From NCBI GenBank assembly GCA_964016885.1, contig OZ024741.1, positions 144,398,001 to 144,462,000 on the forward strand: a DNA stretch of 64,000 nucleotides, in the 5' to 3' direction. Both the position numbers and the translations under genes were made by a program. The notes under the pieces are model-generated. The model saw nothing but the letters and a program-made list of their open reading frames with translations, had not been told where the DNA came from and searched no databases. Below are positions 63,639-64,000 of this stretch, piece after piece. Source of the DNA: Eledone cirrhosa. Lineage: Eukaryota. Every line of letters begins with the position of its first letter. The stretch's first letter is position 1.

Positions 63639-63705
<67 letters not shown>

Positions 63706-64000
63706 GTGTGTATATATATGTGTATATATGTATATATATATGTATATATACACACACACACATATATATATATATACATATGTGTGTGTGTGTGTGCGTG
63801 TTACCGGCATTGTGTAAAACAGGTATTATATAGAACATACAGTAAAATTATTAAATATGTGTATTTTATGCTTACTTTGTATCATTTACATACAAATGTT
63901 ATACATGACGTTGCTGTTCTATATCTTACATACAAGAAAGTATAATACTATACTACAAGCGTGCGACACTTTATTAACGAATTGAAATCGCTGAAAACTA

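Overview
This is AT-rich, microsatellite-dense eukaryotic DNA made almost entirely of decayed transposable elements. I found no host protein-coding gene, tRNA/rRNA gene or CRISPR array. The SINE, Dong/R4 and Penelope repertoire suggests a coleoid cephalopod such as Octopus (inference from recalled repeat families). Contents: two long L1/Tx1-clade LINEs plus two 3' fragments; two near-full-length and two truncated R4/Dong LINEs sitting in (TACA)n; a 5'-inverted RTE; five short RTE-like non-autonomous elements; several Penelope-like elements and pseudo-LTRs; a Helitron remnant; a Chapaev3-like transposon nested in a Tc1/mariner; MITEs and tRNA-derived SINEs. The best candidate for an undescribed system is in the two divergent Tx1-like LINEs. 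In both, the ORF1 stop codon lies inside a consensus splice donor (AG|GTAAGT) followed by a pyrimidine-rich tract and an acceptor, and splicing would fuse ORF1 in frame to ORF2. The second theme is about 15 type I hammerhead ribozyme motifs folded by eye, including compensatory U3-A8 core variants, long stem II insertions and tandem retrozyme-like arrangements. All calls were made by reading the sequence; no searches or folding programs were run, and element boundaries are approximate unless TIRs/TSDs are quoted.
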